A stretch of 64,000 nt of DNA. Source: Octopus bimaculoides. Taxonomy: Eukaryota. The position numbers and the translations under genes were made by a program. The notes beneath the pieces were generated by a model. That model worked only from the letters and a program-made list of their open reading frames with translations, searched no databases and was not told the DNA's origin. Positions 39,501 to 52,183 of this stretch are shown here, one piece after another (within the stretch, counting starts at the first letter, position 1; every line of letters begins with the position of its first letter). Location of the stretch: NCBI RefSeq assembly GCF_001194135.2, contig NC_068982.1, positions 111,991,098 through 112,055,097 of the forward strand, read 5' to 3'.

Positions 39501-42500
39501 ACGGTGGTAGATAGATTACCTATAATCTGGACAATTGTATACTTTGAAGAGTAAGCGATGATTTAAAACTGTTGTTCATGAAGGATTAGTGCTGTTGGTG
39601 TTGTCAATGTAACAAATTTCATTTTGATCAAGTAATTAATCTTATAACACGAGACCTATATTGGCGGCGGTTTTCATTTAAAAATGTGGAAGAAGGTTAA
39701 CTCTGGCAATAAATATATGAATTAATAAAAGTAAAATGGTGCCTGCTCCAATAAGTGGGGTGAGAACTAACTCTAACAACAGTATGTTGCATGTGATTCA
39801 TTGTTTCCAGATAACATAACTTTTAACCAGCGCGTGTAAAATTTGATATGAGATTTTGTTAGGTACATATACTACAGAAAGTTTCGATTTTTTGATTTAT
39901 ACTGAAATTATATCACTTATTTATTTAGGAAATGGGAAAAGTCATTCGATTTCTTTCCCCATCTCTATTACATTGTAAATTCTAGAAACTGAATCCTCCT
40001 GCATCGTAAACTCTGAGTTTCACGTTTCCAAATCTGAATCGGAAACATGAATCTCTGATCTTACTCTTAAAGAGGCTTCAAATTCTAATAAAATATACAT
40101 ACTCTGCTATAAGTATTGAGTTCTTTTGGCTCCGTTTGTAAACACCAACCTTCATCATGCATATAAATACACACATAAATGTCAATGTGCGAACTTATAG
40201 ACTTGTATACACACATATTTCCCTCCCGCAAACGTTTCCCATATACCTGTTAGTGGGTATCGTTTGCAAGTAATTCCTCAACATAAACTTCACGAAAAGC
40301 TTGCCTTTTAATTATCGGCTTCGTGCAATTCTGTCAAGGATATTCGACAAAATTAATATTTGTATCGTTTAATATGATCCTACCAAGTGTTGCACAAATC
40401 TAGAATTAATATTGATTGAAATTGGAACATCACTTACCAATCTGATAACGGACAGAAAAAAAAAAACCAATTTCAGAATTAATTTTCGACGTTAATTTTA
40501 ATATTTGATCCCGACACTATCTGGAAATATAATTTTTGAAGACCTAAGTCAATGTAGGTTATTAGATCGTGGCTGCCGTCACTCATAGTTCTGTAATTTA
40601 TGATCAGGTTTCAAGCTATAGAATATTTCAGTGTTGGAAGATCTAATTGTTTAATTAAAGTGACAGTTTTAGTAGTGCATTTCCACTTTTAGGTATTATT
40701 TGAAAAAAATAAAATAAATAAAATAAGCGAACAAGCAGCCCCCACAAAAAACAAAAAGGACAAAAAAAAAAAAAAACTCCACACTGAAAAAAAAAAAAGC
40801 AGATAAACTCTCATAACAGGACACAACTCTATTAAATACTATTCTCCACTGTTTTTTAGATTAAAAGACAAAGAAATGTAGTAAATTCAACCAGATAATT
40901 TACAAAACTGGTAGTATAAAGTATACTGCACTCATAAGCTCAACGTCTGGATGATATTTATAAGTTTACCACAACTGTGATATTTGCCTGTGCATAATGT
41001 ACATTTGAAGTGAAAGTTCATAGACCGTGTAGCTTAACTTATTGAATTATTATTCCTGCCAACAGAAAACTTGAATAAGTTTATATGCAGCGAAAGTGGC
41101 AAAATCTAAGTTTTACCGTTTAGGTGTAACTTGTTTCCAACCCAAGTAACAATACCACATGTTACTCTTTACTCACAATTTCCAAAACTTTACACTCTTA
41201 TACACTTCATAGCAAGTAACTTATCAAAATCTCCCTTTTGACCAGTTCCCATTAGTTTCTACTAGGTTCCTCGATTTCCAGATTTGACTTTGATACGTCT
41301 ATCCTTTCCAAATGGCGGAATTAACTGTATGGTATCTAGGTTGTAAGCATAAGGTTCTCACTTGAATCATGGACTTATTTTTGGTTCTTATGTCTTCAGT
41401 TTTGGTAGGCGGGTTGGAGGAGGAGATACTAAAATGAAAAGACAAATAATGCCTACCAGTGTTTGCTCCAGTTCCCTGCTCACATCCAGCTAAGGTCAAC
41501 TTAGATTTTCATTTTCCCAGGTTGATAAAATTTGGTACCACCCACTTCAGATTTGGGTGATGGATTGACGGAATAGTTAGAGCACAGCAGTGATACATTA
41601 TAGTGTTTCATTTTTTATTTTTAGTCTTTGGTTACAGACTTTAACCGTAGGAAGGATTAGCACTACCTGGTCCTTCGATGCGTCTGTTGAGCTAGGTTAC
41701 GAAGCCTCTGAAAATTAAGTGTGCTGCCTTTCTTCTCTAAACGGAAAAATATTCATGGAATTTCAACATGTTGTCCTGTTCAATCAGTGTAAATGAACTT
41801 TATCCCATAAGTTCTTGATAAAAATAGATCTCACTATTAGGTATGATGGGAAAGATTTCTTGACTCTGAACTGATTTACCAAGTAGACAATTCATTTAAA
41901 AAAGAGTAAAGACGTATGTTATTATTATGTCCTAGATACAATTTGAGAAAACATAAAACAAGTGATCACAAATGGATTTACTTCTAATAGTAATTCTTAC
42001 TTTCTTTCTTACTTCTGTACAAAACCAGCAATTTTAGGGGAGATGAATTGAGTTCAAATTCAGCTTACGTTGAATTTGAACTCAGAACGTAAAATAAACA
42101 AGAAATGTCGCTTAGCATTTTGTCAACACAACAAAGATTCTGCGAGCATGGTGGCTTAATAATAAGTAATATTAATAATAACGATGAGAAGGAGGTGGAT
42201 GAGGAAAATGATGAAGAGTAGGAAGAGGAGGAGAGTTGGACTGACAAAATTGGCAGGCAGTTGGGCAAAAAGGCTTTGCGGTATTTACGTATCTTTACTG
42301 AATCCAATTCGAATTCCACCGAAGACAGCTTTATCTCGCAACCATCCCGGTTTGATGAAATAGTAAAATCTTTGGATCAATTTAATCGATTATTTTAGTC
42401 TCAAATATTTAACCATGTACCAGCGTAAGAAATCCAAGTTATAAGCCATCAGTAATTTCTTTCTGGAGTGTATGGGGTGTGGCTAAATTATAGTAACTGA

Positions 42501-44412
42501 GATGAACCCTCAGTTCTTGACTTGTTCTTATTTTTTTTCGACCTCAGAAAGATGGAGGGCAAACGTGATGCCAGCTGGAGTTGAACATAAAAATAGAAAT
42601 GCAACTAAACCTTGCAAAGCATTTACTCTGGCACTTTTCGAATTTTGAGAACCAGAGTAAATTCTTAAATATCGAGAGAAGGAATCATGATATCATTCAA
42701 TCCTGCTGAATATCCACTTCTAATTGAACATAGACTCTAAAATAAGCATCTAATTTTCTGACATAGTCCATTATTTATTTTAATATCTTAAAACTAACGG
42801 TTAGCAATCAAATGAATATCCAATGATTTAATTATTGAATTTGAATCAGATAAATACACTATAGCAGTCATCTATTTAGCGGCAAATGAAAGAGATAGTA
42901 AAATATTTTGATTGGTTAACAATTTGTAATTTACTGAGAATCATAAATGTCATGAGAATTTCCCAGACCATTTGTTTCATTCATAAAAGAGTACACCGAA
43001 CTAAAACACCAATATACTTTCCATATATGTTACTTAATATCCTATCAATAAAATGTTCGGAAGACAATGCGAGAGGTTTAAATAATATTTTGAAATATCT
43101 AATGTTATATTTCATAGTTATTAATCAAATGAGTAAAAAGAGAGAAAAAAGAAAATAGACTCGCTGACGTTGTGTGTAGGATTAACCCGTTCTCAAGCAT
43201 AATTTAGTATTGGTCTATGGAACATCTGTGTTCATACAGTAAACAAAAAAAAAAAGACCCAACAGATTATTACTGAAGTGTAGAGTTGATTATGAAGAAG
43301 TAGCAGGCGATGCACATTCATCTTGTGTTTAGTTTGTTGTTGACGTAGAATCATTGAGAACAAAATAGATAAGTGACAATTGTTCTGAAAGTGTTGTTAT
43401 TTAGCTCATACTAGATCTGATTTTATAGAGGTACGGTTGAAACCATTCGATCAGTGACTATTCTTTCCTCTTTTGATGTTCTTTGTACAGTAAAATAGGC
43501 GTCGGACTACATATTCCAATCTATGATTTCACTTTCTTGAGTGAATGACTAAAGGGAGATTTAACTACTATTTGTAGTAGGTCTAGCAAGATGAATGTAG
43601 AATCTAGTATTATTATTTGGTGTGTTAATTTTTATTGTATTGTTTGAAAACGTTTTGCTAATTCCTTTGATTTTGTTCACAATTGAAATGATAGTTTACT
43701 TCATTGTTTTTATAGTTTTTATTTGTATGAATTAAATGTGTAAATGGTTTTCTGGAAAGTCTACATAAAGATTTTTAAGATAAACACGCACTAGTTTTAA
43801 AATTTGAAATTAGCAACCGTCAGGTGGGAAAACAATTTATTCATTGTGCTGTTTGTATTTTGCTTGTTTGACGATTTCACTATAGCTTTTTGATGTTACT
43901 GATATGGAAGATGTTACGGATATTTGTTGCATTTGTATTTTTCTTTTCATTTCATTCTCCGCTGGAACATGATTTTAAAGAGTATTTTATAATCAATTAA
44001 CATTGGTTTCTTACATAATCATGTATATGTATACTGAGTTTGTTTAAAAGCTATGATAAAGTAGATTAATCTTTCATCTACTGTGTATTTCAGTATCCAA
44101 CGCTAACAATTGTTTGTATTATTTTCTTCACTTTTCATTTAGATATTGAATAAATGTTATTAACAGCGGTGTTCTTCCTAGAGAGTTAGCAGATAATATA
44201 TTATTATATTACATTATTTTACTGCATTCTTAGGTGTCAGTTAAATTATAGTATTTGGTGTTACGTGACACATATTTTGTATACATTTAAAACAGTGTGG
44301 GTACTAGGTAGCTGTGATATATTAAATAACCAGAACGAAAATAAGGTATATACGTTAGTTTATATATATATATATATAATTATATATATATAATTATATA
44401 TANNNNNNNNNN

Positions 44413-44445
<33 letters not shown>

Positions 44446-45181
44446 CATATGTGTATGTGTGAGTATACACACACACACACACACACACATATATTCATAT
44501 ACATTCGCACACAACACATATGCATGTGCACGCACACATATGTATACGCCTTCAGTTTTGTTTTTAATGCAAAGATAAAATAATCTCCTGGAAAGAGTCA
44601 CAGAAGCAAGTCACAAATAAAATCTCATATGGAAATAGAAAGCAAAAAATGTCCAAGGGTTGCGCAGTTCTGGAGGTTTTAGGCTGTTTCTGTTAAATAG
44701 CGACACAAAAAGAAATTTAACGCTGGGTTACTACTTGATGAAAAAGGGAAGTAAGTTGTACTGAAAAGTAATGAAAATGCAACACAAGAGTATGACATGT
44801 TGTATATATAGTATATTAATCAGTTACATGTTTGATTAGTTTTTTAGTGACATACTTTCAGATTGGTTTATCATCGATAGTGATACCAAAATTACGTTAA
44901 TTATTTCTTCTTTCTTAATTGACATATGGACATTTAAAAGTAAAATTTTCAGAATTCGAGAAATAAAGATGCAACCATTGTTATTATAAATATCATTATA
45001 GAAAGACAATGGATTATTTGAAGGAAAGACTACAACATTTTGGGCTGGATCCTTATCCAGAAAGTGAAGATCTCACCAACCAAAAGAGTTGAAACACTAC
45101 ATATATATCGTTATATTTTTCTATCAAGTAGTATCTATGTAATTTCTTATACTTTCATGCTGATACAAATACATACGGAGA

Positions 45182-45234
<53 letters not shown>

Positions 45235-46516
45235 AGAAAGGGAGAGAGTAGGAGAGAGAGGTGGGGTGGTTGTATCGTAGGTAGATATTGGGTTAGATTG
45301 TATGATGAGATGCAGGGAAGGAGATATTGTGATAGATTGTGATTACATTTAATTCCTCTCCACCCCCAATCTCCATGGAAACCCAACTGCACAAGTACAT
45401 TTCTGTTGAATTTTGCAAGTCGATTTTAACATACCCTTTGCTTTTCGTAAGGAACACCGATTACTAAAGGTAGTAGTAGTAGTAATAGTTAATGCTTTGT
45501 CTAAATTTTGCGTCGTCCTAGCGTGTCTCTTAAATTTTCAGCTTAAGAAGAATTACGTGTACACATGTAGAGAGGGACTGAGAGAGAGGGAGAGAAAGAG
45601 ATAAACAGAACAATATACTCACACACGCATGCATACACCCAGCCACACACGCATACAGACGCCCACGCACATATGCGCCCACACACGCCCACGTGCACGC
45701 ACACATACACACTGACGAGAACATATCTTAGTCACAATATACAAAGCCATACGGGAATGATAAATTGATAGATAAATACACTATTTTTGCGTTAACCTGT
45801 TTGCACTAGTACACACACANNNNNNNNNNNNNNNNNNNNNNNNNNNNNNNNNNNNNNNNNNNNNNNNNNNNNNNNNNNNNNNNNNNNNNNNNNNNNNNNN
45901 NNNNNNNNNNNNNNNNNNNNNNNNNNNNNNNNNNNNNNNNNNNNNNNNNNNNNNNNNNNNNNNNNNNNNNNNNNNNNNNNNNNNNNNNNNNNNNNNNNNN
46001 NNNNNNNNNNNNNNNNNNNNNNNNNNNNNNNNNNNNNNNNNNNNNNNNNNNNNNNNNNNNNNNNNNNNNNNNNNNNNNNNNNNNNNNNNNNNNNNNNNNN
46101 NNNNNNNNNNNNNNNNNNNNNNNNNNNNNNNNNNNNNNNNNNNNNNNNNNNNNNNNNNNNNNNNNNNNNNNNNNNNNNNNNNNNNNNNNNNNNNNNNNNN
46201 NNNNNNNNNNNNNNNNNNNNNNNNNNNNNNNNNNNNNNNNNNNNNNNNNNNNNNNNNNNNNNNNNNNNNNNNNNNNNNNNNNNNNNNNNNNNNNNNNNNN
46301 NNNNNNNNNNNNNNNNNNNNNNNNNNNNNNNNNNNNNNNNNNNNNNNNNNNNNNNNNNNNNNNNNNNNNNNNNNNNNNNNNNNNNNNNNNNNNNNNNNNN
46401 NNNNNNNNNNNNNNNNNNNNNNNNNNNNNNNNNNNNNNNNNNATATATACATATACATACATATATATATATATGTATGTGTGTGTGTGCGTGTATATAT
46501 ATATATATATATATCT

Positions 46517-46640
46517 AAAAATATGTGACACTTATTCGGTAGCCATGAGATAAAACTCCGAGTTTCGGATGCCGGGGTGGGAGACCACGCCAACATCTCG
46601 GAGTTTTATCATGGCTATCGAATAAGCGTCACATATTTTT
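46517..46640. repeat. Near-perfect hairpin: 46/44-bp arms, 34-nt GC-rich loop
   Basis: AAAAATATGTGACACTTATTCGGTAGCCATGAGATAAAACTCCGAG (46517-46562) versus the reverse complement of 46597-46640: 2 substitutions and one 2-nt indel. Confidence 0.92.
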
Positions 46641-47150
46641 TGCAGATAAATTCCTCTATTTACATAAACCGAGGTCTCTTTCTTTCTTTCTTTTGTTGTC
46701 CTTCCTATCAATATATATATATATATATTTATATATAGTACAAGCAGGCTAATTCAAAGATATATATATAATGTACGCATACTGATTACATTTTTAACCA
46801 AATATTTGTAAGATTTACACGAGATTTATGCATGTTACTGGTGGAAGTACCGTCAAATATGGAAATAAGGTTTGAATTAAAACTTGTCTTGATAGCGTAG
46901 TTATGATATAATATGAATGTATATATATTTATATACGCATATGTACATATCTATATATGTATTTATATCTGCATGTATATATATATATATAGTGTATTAC
47001 ATTACATTATATCTAATATAATTTTATGTCATATATTATATTGTATACAGTAATATCTTCAAAACAGAAAAGGTCATTAATCTGTGATCAGTAGCAATTA
47101 AACCTTAGGAGGGTTGACAATATTTAAGTGTCGTGAGGAGGAACGCGTTT

Positions 47151-47179
47151 AACGTTTCGGGCCTTTAGTCCATTGTCAG
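47151..47179 (-). ncRNA. Decayed hammerhead-like motif
   Basis: Minus strand CUGACAA-U-GGAC-(UAAAG)-GCCC-GAAAC-GUU. Core G8->A, one stem II mismatch, no clear stem I. Confidence 0.4.
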
Positions 47180-48152
47180 TTAGTGAGGATGGGAGAAATA
47201 GACCAAGATAGATAGATAAATAGATGGGGGGGGGAGAAAGAGAGGAAAAGTCGGAGAGAAAGAGAGCAAGAGAAGTAGAAAGACGTTGCGACTTTCTTTG
47301 TGGACGAATTTGTGGCAACATGCGGTAGATATAGGGATAAAAGAGTTCATAGAATATGATGGGTATGTGAAATCAATTAAACGGAAAGCAAAATACATAA
47401 TATGAAACGCATGGGTAACACTATAACTTACAACACAAAGATCTTTGATAAGTTTGTAGAATTAGACATGGTTAATTCTTGTAAAGTAACACTTATATGT
47501 AAAAGATGACCAGATATTAGAAGAGAATGTTGCTCTCGTTCTCATTCGTTTATGCGCTTTAAATAATATTAAATCAAGCATTTTCTTCTAACAATGTAAT
47601 GGATACGTGTTAGGGGTGAAATTTAAACATACGATTACTTGTTTGTTATACCAACACAGATTATCTACGTTAGAGAATAATATATACTTACATTCAAAAA
47701 TATATATATTTGAAGAAGGCTGCCGGTATATATGCTAGCAATGACTATATACATAGACTCCAGTTTATCCGATATCCTCAGTTATGTTTTCTCCTCATAA
47801 ATATTAGACTATTAAGATTACATGCTAATCTTTCTACTCCGTGATACACACGAGAAAGTGAATCAGTTACACTCACACCCACCGATCCAAACAGCTTGTT
47901 TAGATGCAGTTATTCTACACATGCAGACTTATAAACAAAGGAATGTGCAGTAAAAGTATAGGTGTATAATAATATTGTAGTAGGCGCGCGAAAACAGTGT
48001 TGCAAATAAATATTTAAAACAATTCAAATATGTTTGGGACATATTTGACCTATACTAAGGCCGTATCCACTGTTAATTGCCGTTCAGAACATTGGTCGCT
48101 TTAAGTAATAGGTGTTGAACATTTTAATAATAATAATAATAATAATAATAAT

Positions 48153-48850
48153 AGTTTCTGATTTAGACAGAGATTTTGAGGGGAAGGGTTAGTCGATACC
48201 AACGACTCGTGTACTTAACCTTGCATTTTGTTTTATCCCTTAGAAAGATGAAAAATTAACCTGACCTCGCCTGGAGTTGAACATATTTACAAGAGAGGAA
48301 TCTAATAGCTTCAATTAAACCTAGTATTTATCTGGTTGTTATTTTTATCGATTTGGGAGATTTGAATCCAAACGGATGCAGTATAGTCGGGTGTACTAAA
48401 GATTCTATTATCATTCCACCGTCGTTATAATTATGAGGAATAATCAAAAATATTTGAAATAAGGATAAAGCCCCAGGTTTTGAGCCACAGTAATTCTACG
48501 CTAGTATGTTGCTGGTATTATTTTTATCTCTACTGCTAAGGATTAATATTAAAATCCATTTCAATACTATTTGAATTCAAAATGTAAAGAGACTTGACTA
48601 TGCATTTCAAAGTGTTTTGTCGGCACTTTCTGAATTCGCCACTCCACTGATCTTGAAATAATTAACAGTGATAATAACTACACAACCTATCAACATTCTC
48701 GAGAGAGTAAATTCGGTTTCATAGATCCTAGTACTTTATTTTATCGCCTCCTGCAGCATGAAAAGCAATGTTAAACTCGGCGAGATTCGTATTTCAAATA
48801 TAAAGGGACATAACTATATACCGCAAGGCATTTGGTCCGATAATCTACTA
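48153..48850 (+). mobile_element. Cluster of about four same-orientation, highly diverged fragments of one SINE-like family
   Basis: Recurrent motif set (TGGTACT..TTTTATCG..CC.GAAAG.ATGAAAGGCAA..T.GAC.TCG..G.ATTTGAACTC) near 48160, 48320, 48500 and 48720. Other copies near 23650, 37340, 42020 and 42500, and in reverse near 41480 and 52800. Confidence 0.6.
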
Positions 48851-49074
48851 ATTACGGCAGTGCACCGTCAAGGATAGTTTTATCAAGATGAAATAAAATG
48901 CAAACTTTAATTGCTTCAGTTCCGAACTCGATGGATACAACGGAAGTCCTGTTTGGATTTCATTGATTTGAAAGGTCTTAGTGATTTATTAAAGATAGTT
49001 AAAACAAGATAGAAAGATGAAATGTGAACACAGCAAGTATGATGACAATAAGAGTTAACACGTGTATTACTACT

Positions 49075-49283
49075 CGATCAAAAGTGGCTACCAGTTTTGC
49101 ACGATGGATGATATTGACTCTGCAATCGCGGGGGTTGACTTCACGAGGTCTACCTTGACCCAGCAGAAGTATGATCAAAGGTCTTGTAGACATGATCGTG
49201 ATCACAGTGACATTTTCTTATTGAGAAATAGTGTATCTGGGACTATACATCAGAGTGATTGCAGCACTCGTTTAGGGAAGTGA
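49075..49283 (+). mobile_element. Probable degraded LINE reverse transcriptase fragment (CR1/Jockey-like)
   Basis: Frame-broken remnants VYLD, DH, LRN.VSGTIHQ..IAA resemble the RT segment VYLDFxKAFDKVxH..L...G.SG....WI..FL. Confidence 0.4.
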
Positions 49284-49593
49284 TAAAAGAGGAAATACAC
49301 AAAGAGAGAAGTAGAAAAACATAATATATGTAAGTGAACCAAATTCAAAATGGAATCAGATTTTCTGGTTTTATTTTATTTTTATTTTTGCATCTTCACA
49401 AATATATGTAATAAAATGCGAAAAATCTTGCTATGATGGATTTTGATTTACTAATATCTGTGCAGGGTTTTACAAACTAAACTACACAGACAGACAGACG
49501 CACACACACACACACATACACACTCCCCCACTCACAGACACTCACATACATATTTGTATATGTGTATATATGTATACACAAACGCACGCACAC

Positions 49594-49640
<47 letters not shown>

Positions 49641-51278
49641 NNNNNNNNNNATATATATATATATATATATATATGCATGTGCACACACACACACACACGT
49701 GTTACACTGAAAGCAAGTAGTTATAATCCCGCATAATCATATCAAACCGCTGTTGTTATAAAAAAAAATAGTGCGTTCCAACCATTATTAGGTTACTTGC
49801 TTAATGTTATAACCCGGTCATTGTTATATAACATGGCCCATCTAGAAGTGATCATAATAACCGGCTTGAAGCTGAATAGGGTGAGAAAGAAGAAGAATCG
49901 GAGAGGGAGAGAAAACGAATAGTGAATAAGAGAGAAACAGGTACTATCATTACTCACCTTGTGAGAGAGTGCATCATTTCGGTTTCGACAATAAATCCCA
50001 GACATAAATCACATCTAATTCCTCTCCACCTCCAATCTCCATGGAAACCCAACTGCACAAGTACATTTTTTGTTGAATTTTGCAAGTCGCTTTTAATATA
50101 CCCTTTTGCTTTTCGTAAGGAATACCGATTACTAAGGGTAGTAGTAGTAGTAGTATTGGTAGTAGTAGTAGTAGTATTGGTAGTAGTAGTAGTAGTAGTA
50201 TTGGTAGTAGTAGTTATTGCTTTGTCTCTATATTTTGCGTCGTCCTAGCGTGTCTCTTTTAAATCTTCAGCTTAAGGAGAATTACGTGTACACATGTATC
50301 GAGAGAGAGAGAGAGAGAAGGAGAAAGACAGGGAGAAAGAAAGAGAGAGAAAGAGATAAACACAACACAGCTTCATTTATACATACTTATAAACACTTTG
50401 CTTATCCACGAGATGTGTACAATCACCCCGTTCCCAATATGCCATTTTAAAAGTATGACACCTATATAATTAATTTTTTTCTTTCTCCTTCCACTCGTTA
50501 CGGTCCCACAACACTAGGGCATAGCTTGCTTTCGATCGAATAAACAGTTTTGTAAGTCACAACAACCAGTGGATTCCGTTGGATCGATGAGAGTCTAGCG
50601 TGTCTTGTGTAAGTGATGTTTTTTTTTCTTCTTCTTCTTTTCCCCCTGCTACTTTAATAATCTAGATCAGCTAGTTACACAGCTGACGCTATTCTGCCAT
50701 CCTCTTTCGTTCCATCTCCCACCGTCACCTTTTTGATTCAACCTCTCTTTGTATTATTCCATGCATCTCGCTCCATATTACTTTGCTACATCTTTTATTA
50801 TCCATGATCGACATACCATTCATCATCGCTCCTTAAACTCTTCCTCGTTATCTCATTTACTGTTTCTTCTGCTAGTCACCACCTCAGCATCTACATTATG
50901 GAATTCCCCATTATTTTCAGTTTCTGGTGAATTACTGGTATTGAAATAAATATTTTGTCGAGTTATGATCTTTTATTTGCTTAATAAAAGAAAAAAAATA
51001 TTATTTATATATTTGTTATTTCATGTATGTTAGTCTCTGTCTTCATCGTGATGCGACAGAAACCAAACACTTGAAGCTTACGTACGCGCGTACCTACACA
51101 TGCACGCATACACGCGCTTGCACGCATACACACAAATACACACACACACACACACACACACACATGCATACATATATGCTGACACATCCGCAAACACATG
51201 TACACACACTCAGTTATATACGTATGTGTGTACCTCTGTAAACCTACCTATCTGTCTGGCTACTTATCTATCTCTCTG

Positions 51279-51310
<32 letters not shown>

Positions 51311-51393
51311 AATGTATGTATGCATGTATATTTGTGTGTGTGTGCGTGTGCGTGTGCGTGTGTGTGTAGATAGGTAGGTTGAGAGAGAGTAAG

Positions 51394-51424
<31 letters not shown>

Positions 51425-51481
51425 AAGAAAGAAAGAGAGAAAGAAAGAAAGAGATATGTGATTGTGCGAGTATATATCTGC

Positions 51482-51522
<41 letters not shown>

Positions 51523-52100
51523 CAAATTAATCCACATTTATGTGTGAATGGATTAATTTGTGCCAGTCTTTGACAGCGAGTATCTAGTATGCGTGTATGT
51601 ATGTGGCGAAATTATGTACATATACACATAGGGAAAACTTTCACACATATATATTATATGTAACACAGTAAGGTGTAAAATAGACGATGAATAAGACCAA
51701 CTTCGTTTATAAACGTTTTTCTGAAAAAGTGAAACAAGTTAGCAATAAAAAAAAAACACAGCAAATACCAGTTTGTTAGTGTATAATGTCTACTTTAAGG
51801 AGTATAATCCCTAAAATGATGCTGGTTGTCTTTCTGTTATTTCGTGGTCGATAGCTATATATGTGTCAACTTCAAAGAAGCATCTTATGAATTGAGTCAT
51901 GGCAGTTATTGATGACATAATGAAAGGAGACAAACACGCGAATACTGTCTGCTAAAATTAGTCATTATGGGATATAATATTCGGCAAAAAAAATGTAGTT
52001 CTTTAGGCAAAGTCAACCTTCTCTCCTTATATACATATAGTTGGTGAGGGTTAAATATAGATACATTCATACACACTCAGACAGACAGAGAGATAAACAA

Positions 52101-52183
<83 letters not shown>

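Larger units (their letters stand above)
45345..50361 (+). repeat. Local direct duplication: 45345-45606 and 50011-50361
   Basis: Both copies contain AATTCCTCTCCACC.CCAATCTCCATGGAAACCCAACTGCACAAGTACATTT...TTTTGCGTCGTCCTAGCGTGTCTCTT...GAATTACGTGTACACATGTA. The second has an expanded (GTA)n tract. Confidence 0.9.
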
